Positions 7,481-16,484 of a DNA stretch of 32,000 nucleotides are shown one piece after another. The notes under the pieces were generated by a model. The model was not told the DNA's origin. It worked only from the letters and a program-made list of their open reading frames with translations, and did no database searches. The position numbers and the translations under genes were made by a program. The DNA lies in contig NZ_LN831039.1 of assembly GCF_001457595.1 (NCBI RefSeq), positions 5,880,001-5,912,000 on the forward strand. The letters run 5' to 3'. The DNA comes from Mycolicibacterium smegmatis (GTDB lineage Bacteria > Actinomycetota > Actinomycetes > Mycobacteriales > Mycobacteriaceae). How positions within the stretch are numbered: the stretch's first letter is position 1; every line of letters begins with the position of its first letter.

Positions 7481-8830
7481 TCATGGAACACGTCTGCGTC
7501 GCCGTTGGCTGTGTTCTGCGACACGCCACAGCACCGACGGCCGGAACAGCCGGGTGGGCGGGTCCAGCATGCTCATCACACGCAGGAACTGTTCGGCGAC
7601 GCCGTCGTCGACAGCGGCCGTGGCGAGGACTTGACCGGTGAGCCAGTTGGACAGCCTGACACCGGCCGTGCGGCGGCCGGGCACCTGGGGCAGGGCGAGG
7701 TCGCTGTTGACGGCCATGCGCCACGCCTGGTCGACGTACTCGGCGGCGGCCCGGAAGAAGCGTCGCGCGAGGTCGCGGTCGCCCTCGCGCAGCAGGTCGC
7801 GCAGAGCATGGGCCTCGTACGCCGCGACGGACATGCCCTGCCCGTAGATCGGGTTGAAGCTGCAGATCGCGTCGCCGAGCACGAGCAGTCCGGCCGGGAA
7901 CCGGCGCATCGCCTCGTATCTGCGACGACGGCTGTTGGGCAACCGGTGGCGGTGCGGTTCGGTGAGTGGTGTGCCGTCGCGCAGTGCGGCGTCCAACTGC
8001 GGCACCCCGAGCTCGGCGACGAAACGCTGCCGCCCCGCCAGATCGGCGGGTGGCTCCGTCCCGGCGATCCCTGCCACCGTCAGCATCCAGGTGTCGTTCT
8101 CGTAGGCGAACAGGGACGCACCGGTGGGACGCTCGGGTGTCGCACCGACCAGGATCATCGCTTCGTCGACGAGCCCTGCGGGCAGCCTGAGCATCTGGCT
8201 CACGTAATTGACGTTCACCGTGAGGCTGTCCTCGGCCGGTCTGCCGTAACCCAGTGACTCCAGCAGCGCAGGTGTGCGTCCGCCGCGTCCCAGGGCGTCG
8301 AGAACCAGATCGGCCTCGATCACATGTTCTTCACCGCCGTGGCGGTTGGTCACCCGTACCCCGGTGATGCGCTCGGGTGTCGCGGCGAGGATGTCCACGG
8401 CGTCGTGCGCGTCGAGGACCTTGACGTTCGGGATGCCGAAAACCCTTCTTCTGATCGTCATTTCGAGGAACGGCCGGCTCACCGAATAGATGGTCACCGG
8501 ACGGTTCATGACGCCAGAGGTCTTCAGCCAGTGCCCCTGCAGACACAGCTTGACCCGCGACAGCCCGCCGTTCTCCAGCACGATCGCCCCGGATGCGGAC
8601 AGTTCGGCGAGCAGGCCCGGGAACAGCCGGTCCAACACCTCCGCGCCACCGCTCTGCAACGCGTGGCCGTGCCGCGCCTGCGGCGCACCGCGTCTCGGCA
8701 TCGCGTCGACCGTGAGGGTGTCGCGCTCGACGACGACCACCTCGTCGTAGTACTCCGACAACACCCGCGCGCCGAGCAGCCCGCTGATACTGGCTCCGAG
8801 AACGACTGCGCGCGCGCCGATTCGGCTCAT
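7481..8830 (-). CDS. FAD-dependent monooxygenase/oxidoreductase (group A flavin monooxygenase-like)
   Basis: 449 aa from MSRIGARAVVLGASISGLLGA (GxGxxG at the N-terminus) with a GDAICSFNPIYGQGM motif. Preceded by AAGGGGAGAGG as RBS. The track ORF (749 aa) is trimmed to Met301. Confidence 0.8.
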   Translation of the reverse strand: MSRIGARAVVLGASISGLLGARVLSEYYDEVVVVERDTLTVDAMPRRGAPQARHGHALQSGGAEVLDRLFPGLLAELSASGAIVLENGGLSRVKLCLQGHWLKTSGVMNRPVTIYSVSRPFLEMTIRRRVFGIPNVKVLDAHDAVDILAATPERITGVRVTNRHGGEEHVIEADLVLDALGRGGRTPALLESLGYGRPAEDSLTVNVNYVSQMLRLPAGLVDEAMILVGATPERPTGASLFAYENDTWMLTVAGIAGTEPPADLAGRQRFVAELGVPQLDAALRDGTPLTEPHRHRLPNSRRRRYEAMRRFPAGLLVLGDAICSFNPIYGQGMSVAAYEAHALRDLLREGDRDLARRFFRAAAEYVDQAWRMAVNSDLALPQVPGRRTAGVRLSNWLTGQVLATAAVDDGVAEQFLRVMSMLDPPTRLFRPSVLWRVAEHSQRRRRRVP

Positions 8831-9013
8831 CGTTGACCTCTCCCCTTGTGCCGTCACCGTCTCCGTAGGTGTGTTCGGCCTTGTCTGTGATGACGCCGGA
8901 TCCGGCGAAAGCATTCGTGTGTTTCGTCGCTCGGACGCGAATTCAGTTGCCCCGTCGGGGGCGAAACCTGTAGCAGTAGAGGTCGGACCATTCGAGAGGA
9001 GTCCACTGATCTC

Positions 9014-10333
9014 GTGACGAGCCAACTCTCCGAGAAACCGACGACCGATCCCCCGCAGCGATGGTCGACCGCCACGAAGGTCGCATTCCGTTTCTGCTTC
9101 GTCTATTTCGGCCTGTTCTGCCTGGTGTTCGCCCAGATCCTGTTCGTGTTCACCGGTTTCCTCGGCCATTGGCTGCCCGACCGGGCGATCCTGTGGCAGA
9201 TGGTGATGCTGGACCCGTTGCTCGGCTGGGTGGGGCGCACGGTGTTCGGCGTCGACGCCACGCTGAACCTCGACTCGGGCAGCGGTGATCAGCTGGTCAT
9301 CTGGCTGCTGGTGTTCTGCCTGTTCACGCTGGCGGTCGTCGCCACCGTCATCTGGTCGGTACTCGACCGCGCCAGGGCCGACTACACGCGGCTGTGGGCA
9401 TGGTTCCTGACGTTTCTGCGCCTGTGCGTGGCCGGGCAGATGCTGTTCTACGGGATCGCCAAGCTCATCCCCACGCAGATGCCCGCGCCCGGCCTGGCGA
9501 CGCTGCTGCGGCCCTACGGCGAGTTCAGCCCCGCGTCGGTGCTGTGGCTGCAGGTGGGCAGCTCCTACCCCTACGAGATGGCGCTGGGGGCCGTCGAGGT
9601 GCTGGCCGGGATCCTGCTGTTCGTGCCGAGGACCGCGACGTTGGGCGCGCTCGTCGGCCTGGTCAGCATGGCGCAGGTGTTCCTGCTGAACATGACGTTC
9701 GACGTGCCCGTCAAGATCCTGTCGGGACACCTGCTGCTGATGAGTTTCGTGCTGCTCGCACCGCAGGTGCGGCGCCTGGTGGACCTGTTCGTGCTGCAGC
9801 GTCCCGTGGGCCCGCTGAGCCAGCCGGAACTGTTCGACGATCCCCGGTCACGCAGGATCTCGACGCGGGTTCAGGCCGTGCTCGGCGTGTGGGCGTTGAT
9901 CGGCTGTGTCGTGATCACCGGCAGCGGGTGGTTCGAGTACGGCGGCGGGCGCGACAAGCATGAGCTGTACGGCATCTGGGCGGTAAGCGAGTTCGTCGTC
10001 GACGGCAAGCCGCTGCCGCCGTTGACCACGGACCAAACGCGCTGGAAGCACGTTGTTTTCGACGAGCCGGGCGTACTGACCTATCAACGCATGGACGGTG
10101 CACTGGTGCCCGCTCCTGCCGAGTTCGACGATGGCACCATCGCGGTGTCCGATGACCAGGGGGGCACGGTCGCCGATTTCCGTGTGTCACGGCCCGATCC
10201 GCAGCACCTCGAACTCGATGGCCGCCTGGCGGGCCGCCCGGCGCACATCACCCTGGAGGAGGTCGACCCGAACGGGTTCACGCTGCGCAACCGCGGTTTC
10301 CACTGGGTGCAGGAGTACCCGTACTTCCGCTGA
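9014..10333 (+). CDS. polytopic membrane protein, DoxX-like N-terminal region plus a soluble C-terminal domain of about 130 aa
   Basis: 439 aa with several hydrophobic helices (FRFCFVYFGLFCLVF, LFYGIAKLIP). The hydrophilic C-terminus ends RGFHWVQEYPYFR. Family assignment is from memory only. Confidence 0.65.
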   Translation: MTSQLSEKPTTDPPQRWSTATKVAFRFCFVYFGLFCLVFAQILFVFTGFLGHWLPDRAILWQMVMLDPLLGWVGRTVFGVDATLNLDSGSGDQLVIWLLVFCLFTLAVVATVIWSVLDRARADYTRLWAWFLTFLRLCVAGQMLFYGIAKLIPTQMPAPGLATLLRPYGEFSPASVLWLQVGSSYPYEMALGAVEVLAGILLFVPRTATLGALVGLVSMAQVFLLNMTFDVPVKILSGHLLLMSFVLLAPQVRRLVDLFVLQRPVGPLSQPELFDDPRSRRISTRVQAVLGVWALIGCVVITGSGWFEYGGGRDKHELYGIWAVSEFVVDGKPLPPLTTDQTRWKHVVFDEPGVLTYQRMDGALVPAPAEFDDGTIAVSDDQGGTVADFRVSRPDPQHLELDGRLAGRPAHITLEEVDPNGFTLRNRGFHWVQEYPYFR

Positions 10334-10342
10334 ACCCAACGG

Positions 10343-10729
10343 CTACGGGTCGATACGCACCACGGGCAACCAGTGCGCCACCTCGGCCGCGCGCGAACCG
10401 GACATCTGCACCGAAGCGCCCGCATCGGCGATGTCGAGCAACCCGGTAGCGAGCAGGAGCCAGGTTCGCGCATCGGTCTCGACGACGTTGGGTGGTGTGC
10501 CGCGCGTGTGCTTGGGCCCCGATATGCACTGCACAGCAACGAACGGCGGAACCCGCACCTCGACGCTCGCACCGGGGGCGACGGCCGCCAGCGTCCTGGC
10601 GGTGAGCCGCACGGCTTCGGCGAGTTGCGCGCGGGCGGGCGACTCGCGCTGCGGGTCACGCAGCCAATCGGCAACGGCGGACACCGCTTCGAGCGTCTTC
10701 GCCGGATCGGCACTACGGCGGCTGGCCAT
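10343..10729 (-). CDS. small conserved protein, sterol-carrier (SCP)-family-like
   Basis: 128-aa ORF with normal composition, in the position of Rv0807 next to purF (from memory). The SCP-like label is a recollection of annotation practice and is not verified. Confidence 0.55.
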   Translation of the reverse strand: MASRRSADPAKTLEAVSAVADWLRDPQRESPARAQLAEAVRLTARTLAAVAPGASVEVRVPPFVAVQCISGPKHTRGTPPNVVETDARTWLLLATGLLDIADAGASVQMSGSRAAEVAHWLPVVRIDP

Positions 10730-10733
10730 ACCC

Positions 10734-10739
10734 TAGTGT
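10734..10739 (+). promoter_or_regulatory. -10 box TAGTGT, 6 nt upstream of the mce GTG (leaderless-type)
   Basis: TANNNT hexamer inside the 16-bp intergenic region. It overlaps the opposite-strand hexamer GACACT, which lies 5 nt from the SCP-like ATG. Confidence 0.35.
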
Positions 10740-10745
10740 CTCAAA

Positions 10746-11960
10746 GTGTCTGTCGAGCGCCGCAAACCGCCGTACAGAACAGCCGGGCTCGCCGCGCTGG
10801 CGATCATGGCGCTGCTGCTCGTGCTCGTCGGCCAGTCGTTCCGCGGCGCGTTCGACCCCAAGGTCCGGCTGACGCTGTTGACCGCGCGCGCCGGACTGGT
10901 TCTCGACCCCGGCGCGAAGGTGACCTACAACGGTGTGCCGGTCGGCCGCGTGGCCGAGGTCGGCACCGCGGCCCGCACCGGAACCGGTGTCCGCGCGCGG
11001 GTGATGCTCGACGTCGACCCCCGCTATGTGCCGTTGTTGCCGGCCAATGTGGAGGCGTCGGTCACCGCCACGACCGTGTTCGGCAACAAGTATGTCGCGC
11101 TGCGCTCACCGGAACACCCCAGTGCACAACGGGTGTCGACGGCGACGCCCATCGACGCGACCGGCGTCACCACCGAGTTCAACACACTGTTCGAGACCAT
11201 CATGCGGATCACCGAGCAGGTCGACCCCATCGCGCTGAACCAGACGCTCAGCGCGGCCGCGCAGGCACTCACGGGCCTCGGTGACCGGTTCGGCGCGTCG
11301 CTGCTCGACGGTAACGCCATCCTCGCCGATCTCAACGCGGGCATTGCTCCCCTGCGTCGCGACGTCGCCGGTTTGGCCGATCTCGCCGCGATCTACGCCG
11401 ACAGCGCCCCGGATCTGTTCACCGGACTCGACGACGCCGCACGCGGTGCCGCCACGCTCAACTCGCAGCGCGGCGACGTCGACGCGGCGCTCATCGCCGC
11501 CGTCGGCTTCGCGGGCGCCACATCGGACATCCTCGAACGAGGTGGCCCCTACCTGCTGCGCGGGGCCGCGGATCTGGTGCCGACGTCGCGACTGCTCGAC
11601 GACTACCGCGCCATGATCTTCTGCACCATCCGCAATTATCACGACGTCGCACCGGAACTGGATCGTGCGCTGGGTGGCGACAACGGATATTCGCTGTCGG
11701 CCGCGGGCACGCCGTCGAGCATCGGTGCGGGCAACGTGTATGTGTATCCGGACAACCTGCCGCGCGTGAACGCCAAGGGCGGGCCCGAGGGACGCCCGGG
11801 ATGCTGGCAGAAGATCACCCGCGAGTTGTGGCCAGCGCCGTACCTCGTGATGGACACCGGGCTCTCGGTCGCGCCGTACAACCATGTGGAGTTGGGCTCA
11901 CCGATCTTCGTCGACTACGTGTGGGGCCGTCAGATCGGCGAACCGACCATCAATCCCTGA
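10746..11960 (+). CDS. orphan MCE-family (MceA-like, MlaD-domain) protein
   Basis: 404 aa. N-terminal TM anchor, MlaD-like domain (VTYNGVPVGRVAEV), helical middle and a conserved MceA-type C-terminus (GRPGCWQKITRELWPAPYLVMDTG..APYNH). No yrbE or further mce genes in the window. Confidence 0.85.
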   Translation: MSVERRKPPYRTAGLAALAIMALLLVLVGQSFRGAFDPKVRLTLLTARAGLVLDPGAKVTYNGVPVGRVAEVGTAARTGTGVRARVMLDVDPRYVPLLPANVEASVTATTVFGNKYVALRSPEHPSAQRVSTATPIDATGVTTEFNTLFETIMRITEQVDPIALNQTLSAAAQALTGLGDRFGASLLDGNAILADLNAGIAPLRRDVAGLADLAAIYADSAPDLFTGLDDAARGAATLNSQRGDVDAALIAAVGFAGATSDILERGGPYLLRGAADLVPTSRLLDDYRAMIFCTIRNYHDVAPELDRALGGDNGYSLSAAGTPSSIGAGNVYVYPDNLPRVNAKGGPEGRPGCWQKITRELWPAPYLVMDTGLSVAPYNHVELGSPIFVDYVWGRQIGEPTINP

Positions 11961-11964
11961 TCTT

Positions 11965-11986
11965 GACCTCAACTTTCGTTGAGGTC
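11965..11986 (+). terminator. perfect 9-bp hairpin after the mce stop
   Basis: GACCTCAAC-tttc-GTTGAGGTC, 4 nt after TGA (11958-11960). No U-tract. Confidence 0.5.
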
Positions 11987-11999
11987 CTACCGTGGCGGC

Positions 12000-12422
12000 A
12001 TGACGTTCAAACCCCACGAGATCGCCTACCTGCAAGCCGCCGACCTGGGTCGACTGGCAACCCTCCAGCCCGACGGCACACCCCAGAACAGCCCGGTGGG
12101 ATTCACCTTCAACGAACAGCTCGGCACGATCGACATCGCCGGATATCGCATGTCGCAGAGCCAGAAGTACCGCAACATCGCGCGCAACAACCGGGTCGCG
12201 TTCGTGGTCGACGACATCTTCTCGCGCGATCCCTGGCGCGTGCGCTGTCTCGAGATCCGCGGCACCGCAGAACAAGTGATGACCTCGGGGGCGATGGGCG
12301 CCGCCGGCGACGAACTGGACGCCGCGATCATCCGGATCACGCCGCGCCGCATCATCAGCTTCGGCATCGACGACCAGGAAACTCCGCCGCACCAACTCAA
12401 AGCGGATATACGAACGGTCTGA
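12000..12422 (+). CDS. PPOX-class (pyridoxamine 5'-phosphate oxidase fold) probable F420-dependent oxidoreductase
   Basis: 140 aa from MTFKPHEIAYLQAADLGRLATLQPDGTPQNSPV...SQKYRNIARNNRVAFVVDD, a typical FDOR/PPOX signature. The track TTG start at 11979 lies inside the hairpin, so I trimmed to ATG 12000. Confidence 0.8.
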   Translation: MTFKPHEIAYLQAADLGRLATLQPDGTPQNSPVGFTFNEQLGTIDIAGYRMSQSQKYRNIARNNRVAFVVDDIFSRDPWRVRCLEIRGTAEQVMTSGAMGAAGDELDAAIIRITPRRIISFGIDDQETPPHQLKADIRTV

Positions 12423-12442
12423 TCGGCCCTACTATCGGGGCG

Positions 12443-12874
12443 ATGGGGGGAATTCTGCGGCCCCGTGCGGTCGCCACCGGCGTCGCGGTGATGGTGGTGC
12501 TGTCCGGATGCCAACCGTTCGGCGCCGATCACGACGCCGAACGCTTCGTCAGACCGGGCGCACCCAAGGTGTCCCCGTCGAACATCTACACCGCCACGGT
12601 GGAACGAGGACCGCAACCCGACGGTGCCGAGACCTGGGTGGCGGTGATCATCGACGAATCGGGCGCCGAGGTGTTCCACGACGACCACGCGTTCGGCGCC
12701 GGACGCGAGACGCGCATCACGTGGTTGTCCAACGAAGACCAATTATGGCTGCTGTCACGCGAAGTGGGCTCGGCCCACGTCGACCGTAACCCCGACGGCC
12801 GATGGGTGAAGACCACGGTCTCCCCGGATGCCGACAGCGTGCCCGACGAGATCCGGGAGCTGCTCGATGCCTAG
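12443..12874 (+). CDS. lipoprotein of unknown function
   Basis: 143 aa from MGGILRPRAVATGVAVMVVLSGC (lipobox LSGC). This is the tail of track ORF 11801-12874, trimmed to Met215. Confidence 0.65.
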   Translation: MGGILRPRAVATGVAVMVVLSGCQPFGADHDAERFVRPGAPKVSPSNIYTATVERGPQPDGAETWVAVIIDESGAEVFHDDHAFGAGRETRITWLSNEDQLWLLSREVGSAHVDRNPDGRWVKTTVSPDADSVPDEIRELLDA

Positions 12875-14159
12875 ACGACCCACCGCCGGTGCGGTGCCCA
12901 TGACCAAGTCCGCGAGGGCAGCGGCCAGGTCGGCCGCCGCGGACCATGCGCCGCCGGTGCCGATGTGGTGCGCGGTCGGCCTGTCCCTCGCGATGATCGG
13001 ATCCGCGGCCTTCAACGGCGTCGGCGTCCTGTGCGCGACGGTTCTCGTGGCGGTGGTGATCGTCGCGCTGACGCGCCTGCACGCCAGCGCCGCAGGTGCG
13101 GCCACCACATCGGAACTGCTGGGGTCGGTGCTCGGGCCGGTGTCCGCGCGGTTCACCGGGCTGGTGCAGCTTGCGGCGTACGCCGCCCTTGGTGTGGGCG
13201 CGGCGGTGTCGCTGGGGCTGCAGCCGTTGGGCATGGCGGGCGTGGACCCGGAAACCGTCTTGACCAGCTGGCTTTGGCCGATGTGGGCCGGCATCGGGGT
13301 CATCGTCGCAGGCACGCTCGTGGCGGTGCTGCCGACCAGGACGGTCATGGCGGCCGTCGCGGTGCTGGCCGGCCTGGGGTTGCTGGCGTACTTCTATCTG
13401 GCGCTCGCTGTCATCGCCAAGATGGCCTCGGGCAGCCCGCAGGTCATGGGCGGCACCGAGAGCATCTCGACCGTCGACATGCTGGCCGCTGCCCTGCCAC
13501 TCGGTCTCAGCCTGTTCGGCTTCGAGGCCCCCACCGCCGCCTCGGATCGGCTGCGCTCGGTCGCACGACCGCTTGGTGTTGCGGTCGGCATCACCGCGGT
13601 GTGTGCGGTGGTACTGCTGGTCGCGGTGAACCTGTCGACGATCGCCGGTTTCAGCCACCGCGCCACCGACCTTCCCCTGATCGTGCCTGAACTGTTCGGC
13701 GACATGGGCAGACAGAGCCTGAACCTGGCGTCGGCGCTGCTCGGGGTCGCCGTGGTGCTGGCCACCATGTGGGCTGCCACGCGCGTCGCCGCGCGGTTGT
13801 TCGGCGGCGGCGTGGTGACCGCGGTTTCGGTGCCCGCGGTGATGTGTGTTCTCACGGTGGTGGCGTGCCGGTTCCCCGAGGACATCGGCGAACTGCTGTT
13901 CGTCGTGCCGGCACTGCTGCTGTTCGTGGTGTACGTGGCTGTCGGGGAGGCGAATGCCCGGGTCGCGGGTTCCCCGGTCGCCATGCAGCTTCCGCGTGCA
14001 GTACTGGTCGTGGTGTTGCTCGCCGTCCTGTTGATCTCGGTGCGCGAAGGCTATTTCATCCTGGGGTCGATCTGGCCGCTGCTCGTGGCGGCCGTGATCA
14101 CTGCGGCCGCGGCGATTTTCGCGCGTACCACACCGCGGCCAGCGCACCCGCCTCGTTGA
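12867..14159 (+). CDS. polytopic permease, APC/amino-acid-transporter-like
   Basis: About 430 aa with about 12 hydrophobic segments. ATG 12867 overlaps the lipoprotein stop (ATGCCTAG); ATG 12900 is an alternative start. The opposite-strand 490-aa ORF is Arg/His-rich nonsense. Confidence 0.65.
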   Translation: MPRRPTAGAVPMTKSARAAARSAAADHAPPVPMWCAVGLSLAMIGSAAFNGVGVLCATVLVAVVIVALTRLHASAAGAATTSELLGSVLGPVSARFTGLVQLAAYAALGVGAAVSLGLQPLGMAGVDPETVLTSWLWPMWAGIGVIVAGTLVAVLPTRTVMAAVAVLAGLGLLAYFYLALAVIAKMASGSPQVMGGTESISTVDMLAAALPLGLSLFGFEAPTAASDRLRSVARPLGVAVGITAVCAVVLLVAVNLSTIAGFSHRATDLPLIVPELFGDMGRQSLNLASALLGVAVVLATMWAATRVAARLFGGGVVTAVSVPAVMCVLTVVACRFPEDIGELLFVVPALLLFVVYVAVGEANARVAGSPVAMQLPRAVLVVVLLAVLLISVREGYFILGSIWPLLVAAVITAAAAIFARTTPRPAHPPR

Positions 14160-14754
14160 GCGCAAGATGCACCAGCAGCGGCGCGGCAAGGCTTTTCGTA
14201 CGATGCATCAACCAGTCCAGGAACCAGCCCGCCGCGCCGGTCGCCAGCACGGTGCCGACCACCGGTTCACCGGCCGCGCGTGCATCGGGTATGTGTGACA
14301 GTCCGAATGCCGTTGCCTGCAGAAGCCTTCCGCCTGTGTGCCCGAACGCGCCGGTACCCACTGCGCCGAGAGCGCCGCGGAACGCGGCCTCCTCGGACCA
14401 CACGGTTCCCAGCGGGATCCCCAGCATCAGCCAGAACGCCACGGCAGGCGGCAGTTCCCGCTCGCGCATCGCGGTGCGGACCGCAGGCAGCGCCGTGGTC
14501 GCGACCACCGAGGATGCCACCACGGCCGCGGCGACCGATCCGGTGCGCATCCCCGACCACAGCGCGGGCGGTCTCAACCCGGACCGCCTCGACCCCGGCG
14601 CGGCGCGGCTGAGGGCGAGCAGCGCCGTGCCCACCAGCGCACGCACCACCGGCCTGCACCGTTCGGGAAGCCGCGGGTCGACCACGACGTTCCACGCCGT
14701 CAGCGCCGCCGCCAGCGCCAGTGCACGGAACTTGGCGGCGGTCATCGGGGCCAT
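14098..14754 (-). CDS. CPBP-family intramembrane glutamic endopeptidase (CAAX protease / Abi-like)
   Basis: 218 aa with motifs SEEAAFRG (EExxxR), FGLSH (FxxxH) and HLALN, embedded in hydrophobic helices. Confidence 0.8.
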   Translation of the reverse strand: MAPMTAAKFRALALAAALTAWNVVVDPRLPERCRPVVRALVGTALLALSRAAPGSRRSGLRPPALWSGMRTGSVAAAVVASSVVATTALPAVRTAMRERELPPAVAFWLMLGIPLGTVWSEEAAFRGALGAVGTGAFGHTGGRLLQATAFGLSHIPDARAAGEPVVGTVLATGAAGWFLDWLMHRTKSLAAPLLVHLALNEAGALAAVWYARKSPRPQ

Positions 14755-16484
14755 CAGTATTCGGGTCCGTCGTTGGCGGCAGTCTTCTGCAGCGCCATAC
14801 GGATGCGTTCGGTGTCCTCAGGTGTCCAACCGTCCGGCGGCGCCACGGCGGCCCAGCCGTCGAGCACCGATTCGCCGTAGTTGTGGCCGTGGCCCGCGGG
14901 CACGCTCGACGCGTTGGTCATGTCGGCGGCCACCTGCCAGAACGTGATGATGGGATACCACCGCATGGACGCGGTGCGGTCGCCACCGGGCGGTTCCACG
15001 AGCCAGTCGGGCCGGGAGAACAGCAGATCTGTCGACCACCACACGATCGGGTCGGAGGGGTGCTGCAGGAACAGTACGCGGGTGCCCTCCCACGGTTCGG
15101 CGGTGTCCCTTGCGATCTGGGCGGGGTCGGCGGCCTCGGAGAACCGGACGGTGCGGCCGTTGTCGTAGCGCGGACGCACCTCGGGTGTGCCCGGGTCGCG
15201 GCGCACTGTCAGCCCGTGCCACAGCGGGCTCGCGTTGGGCGGCCCGACCCACAGCACCGAGGAGAACCCCTTGCGCGCGATGTCGGGCAGCCAGGAGAAC
15301 GCACCCTGGCCCGCCATCGAGCCCAGGCTCTCTCCGTAGAGCACGAGTTCGGGCCTGCGGTCGGGAGGTAGTGCCTCCCAACGGGACTGGATCGCGTCGA
15401 TCATCAGGCGCCCGGTGTGCATGGATATCTCGCGGTCGCCCAGAAACGAGATCCAGCTCGGCAGATACGAATACTGCATGCCCACCGTCGCGGTGTCACC
15501 GTTGTACATCAGCTCGATCGCACGCGCGGCCACGGGGTTGACCCATCCGGTTCCCGTGGTCGGCACGATCACCAGCACTTCCCGGTCGAACGCATGGGTG
15601 CGCTCAAGTTCACTGAGCAGCAACGAGATCCGCTGTTCCTCGGTATCGGCGCTCTGCAGCCCCACGTAGACGCGGATCGGTTCGCGGGCCGGCCGCCCGT
15701 TGACCTCTTCGAGTTCACCCGCACGGGGTCCGGTCGCGACGAAGTTGCGACCCTGGTATCCGAGTGTGTCCCACGGCGCGAAAGATTCCGGGCTACCGGA
15801 TCTTTCGGGCTCGGTCGGCTGACTCACACCTTCTCGGGTGGTCGAGTTCTGCGGCCGGAACACATTGCTGGCGCCCAGCAGGAATCCCCGGTACAGCACG
15901 CCGTTGACCAGGGTCACCACCAGCACCACCACGACCACGGTGCCGATGAACTGCGCGACCTCGCGGTGCAGATGCAGTCGGCGGATCAGCACCTTCGCGA
16001 CCTGGCGCACAGCATCACGCAGCACCCGCGCCGTCGCGATCAGCGCGCCCGCGACGGCGGCCGCGAGAACCGCGGTGCGCAGGTATCCCGGTGTCGCAGG
16101 GCCTTCCATGCCCATGAGCGCCGAGACCTGACGCTGCCAGGCCGCGGCGGGGATCAGCATCAGCACACACGACGCGATGGAACCACCGACGATCAACGTC
16201 TTGGCCCACAGCAGCACCCAGTTGGGCGGGGGCCACCACGTGCGGTTGCGAAGCGCGAAGCGGTACATCGCCTTCCCGAGCACCACGCCAAGGCCGTAGC
16301 CGATCGCGGCGTTGACACCGCCGATCAGACCGGCGAACAACCAGTCACGCGGCAGCAGCGACGGCGTCAGCGAAAGGCAGAAAAACAGCGCGCCGACGGC
16401 GACGCCCGCGAAGTCCAGCCGCAGCAGGCTCCAGGCCCAGCGCAGCAGAGGATGACGAAGGGTGTGTGAGTTCTCCTCGATCAC
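14754..16484 (-). CDS. membrane-anchored alpha/beta-hydrolase (Abhydrolase_9-like)
   Basis: 576 aa from the GTG that overlaps the purL stop (GTGA). About 4 N-terminal TM helices, then a hydrolase domain with nucleophile elbow GESLG. The track ORF is trimmed at Val86. Confidence 0.8.
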   Translation of the reverse strand: MIEENSHTLRHPLLRWAWSLLRLDFAGVAVGALFFCLSLTPSLLPRDWLFAGLIGGVNAAIGYGLGVVLGKAMYRFALRNRTWWPPPNWVLLWAKTLIVGGSIASCVLMLIPAAAWQRQVSALMGMEGPATPGYLRTAVLAAAVAGALIATARVLRDAVRQVAKVLIRRLHLHREVAQFIGTVVVVVLVVTLVNGVLYRGFLLGASNVFRPQNSTTREGVSQPTEPERSGSPESFAPWDTLGYQGRNFVATGPRAGELEEVNGRPAREPIRVYVGLQSADTEEQRISLLLSELERTHAFDREVLVIVPTTGTGWVNPVAARAIELMYNGDTATVGMQYSYLPSWISFLGDREISMHTGRLMIDAIQSRWEALPPDRRPELVLYGESLGSMAGQGAFSWLPDIARKGFSSVLWVGPPNASPLWHGLTVRRDPGTPEVRPRYDNGRTVRFSEAADPAQIARDTAEPWEGTRVLFLQHPSDPIVWWSTDLLFSRPDWLVEPPGGDRTASMRWYPIITFWQVAADMTNASSVPAGHGHNYGESVLDGWAAVAPPDGWTPEDTERIRMALQKTAANDGPEY

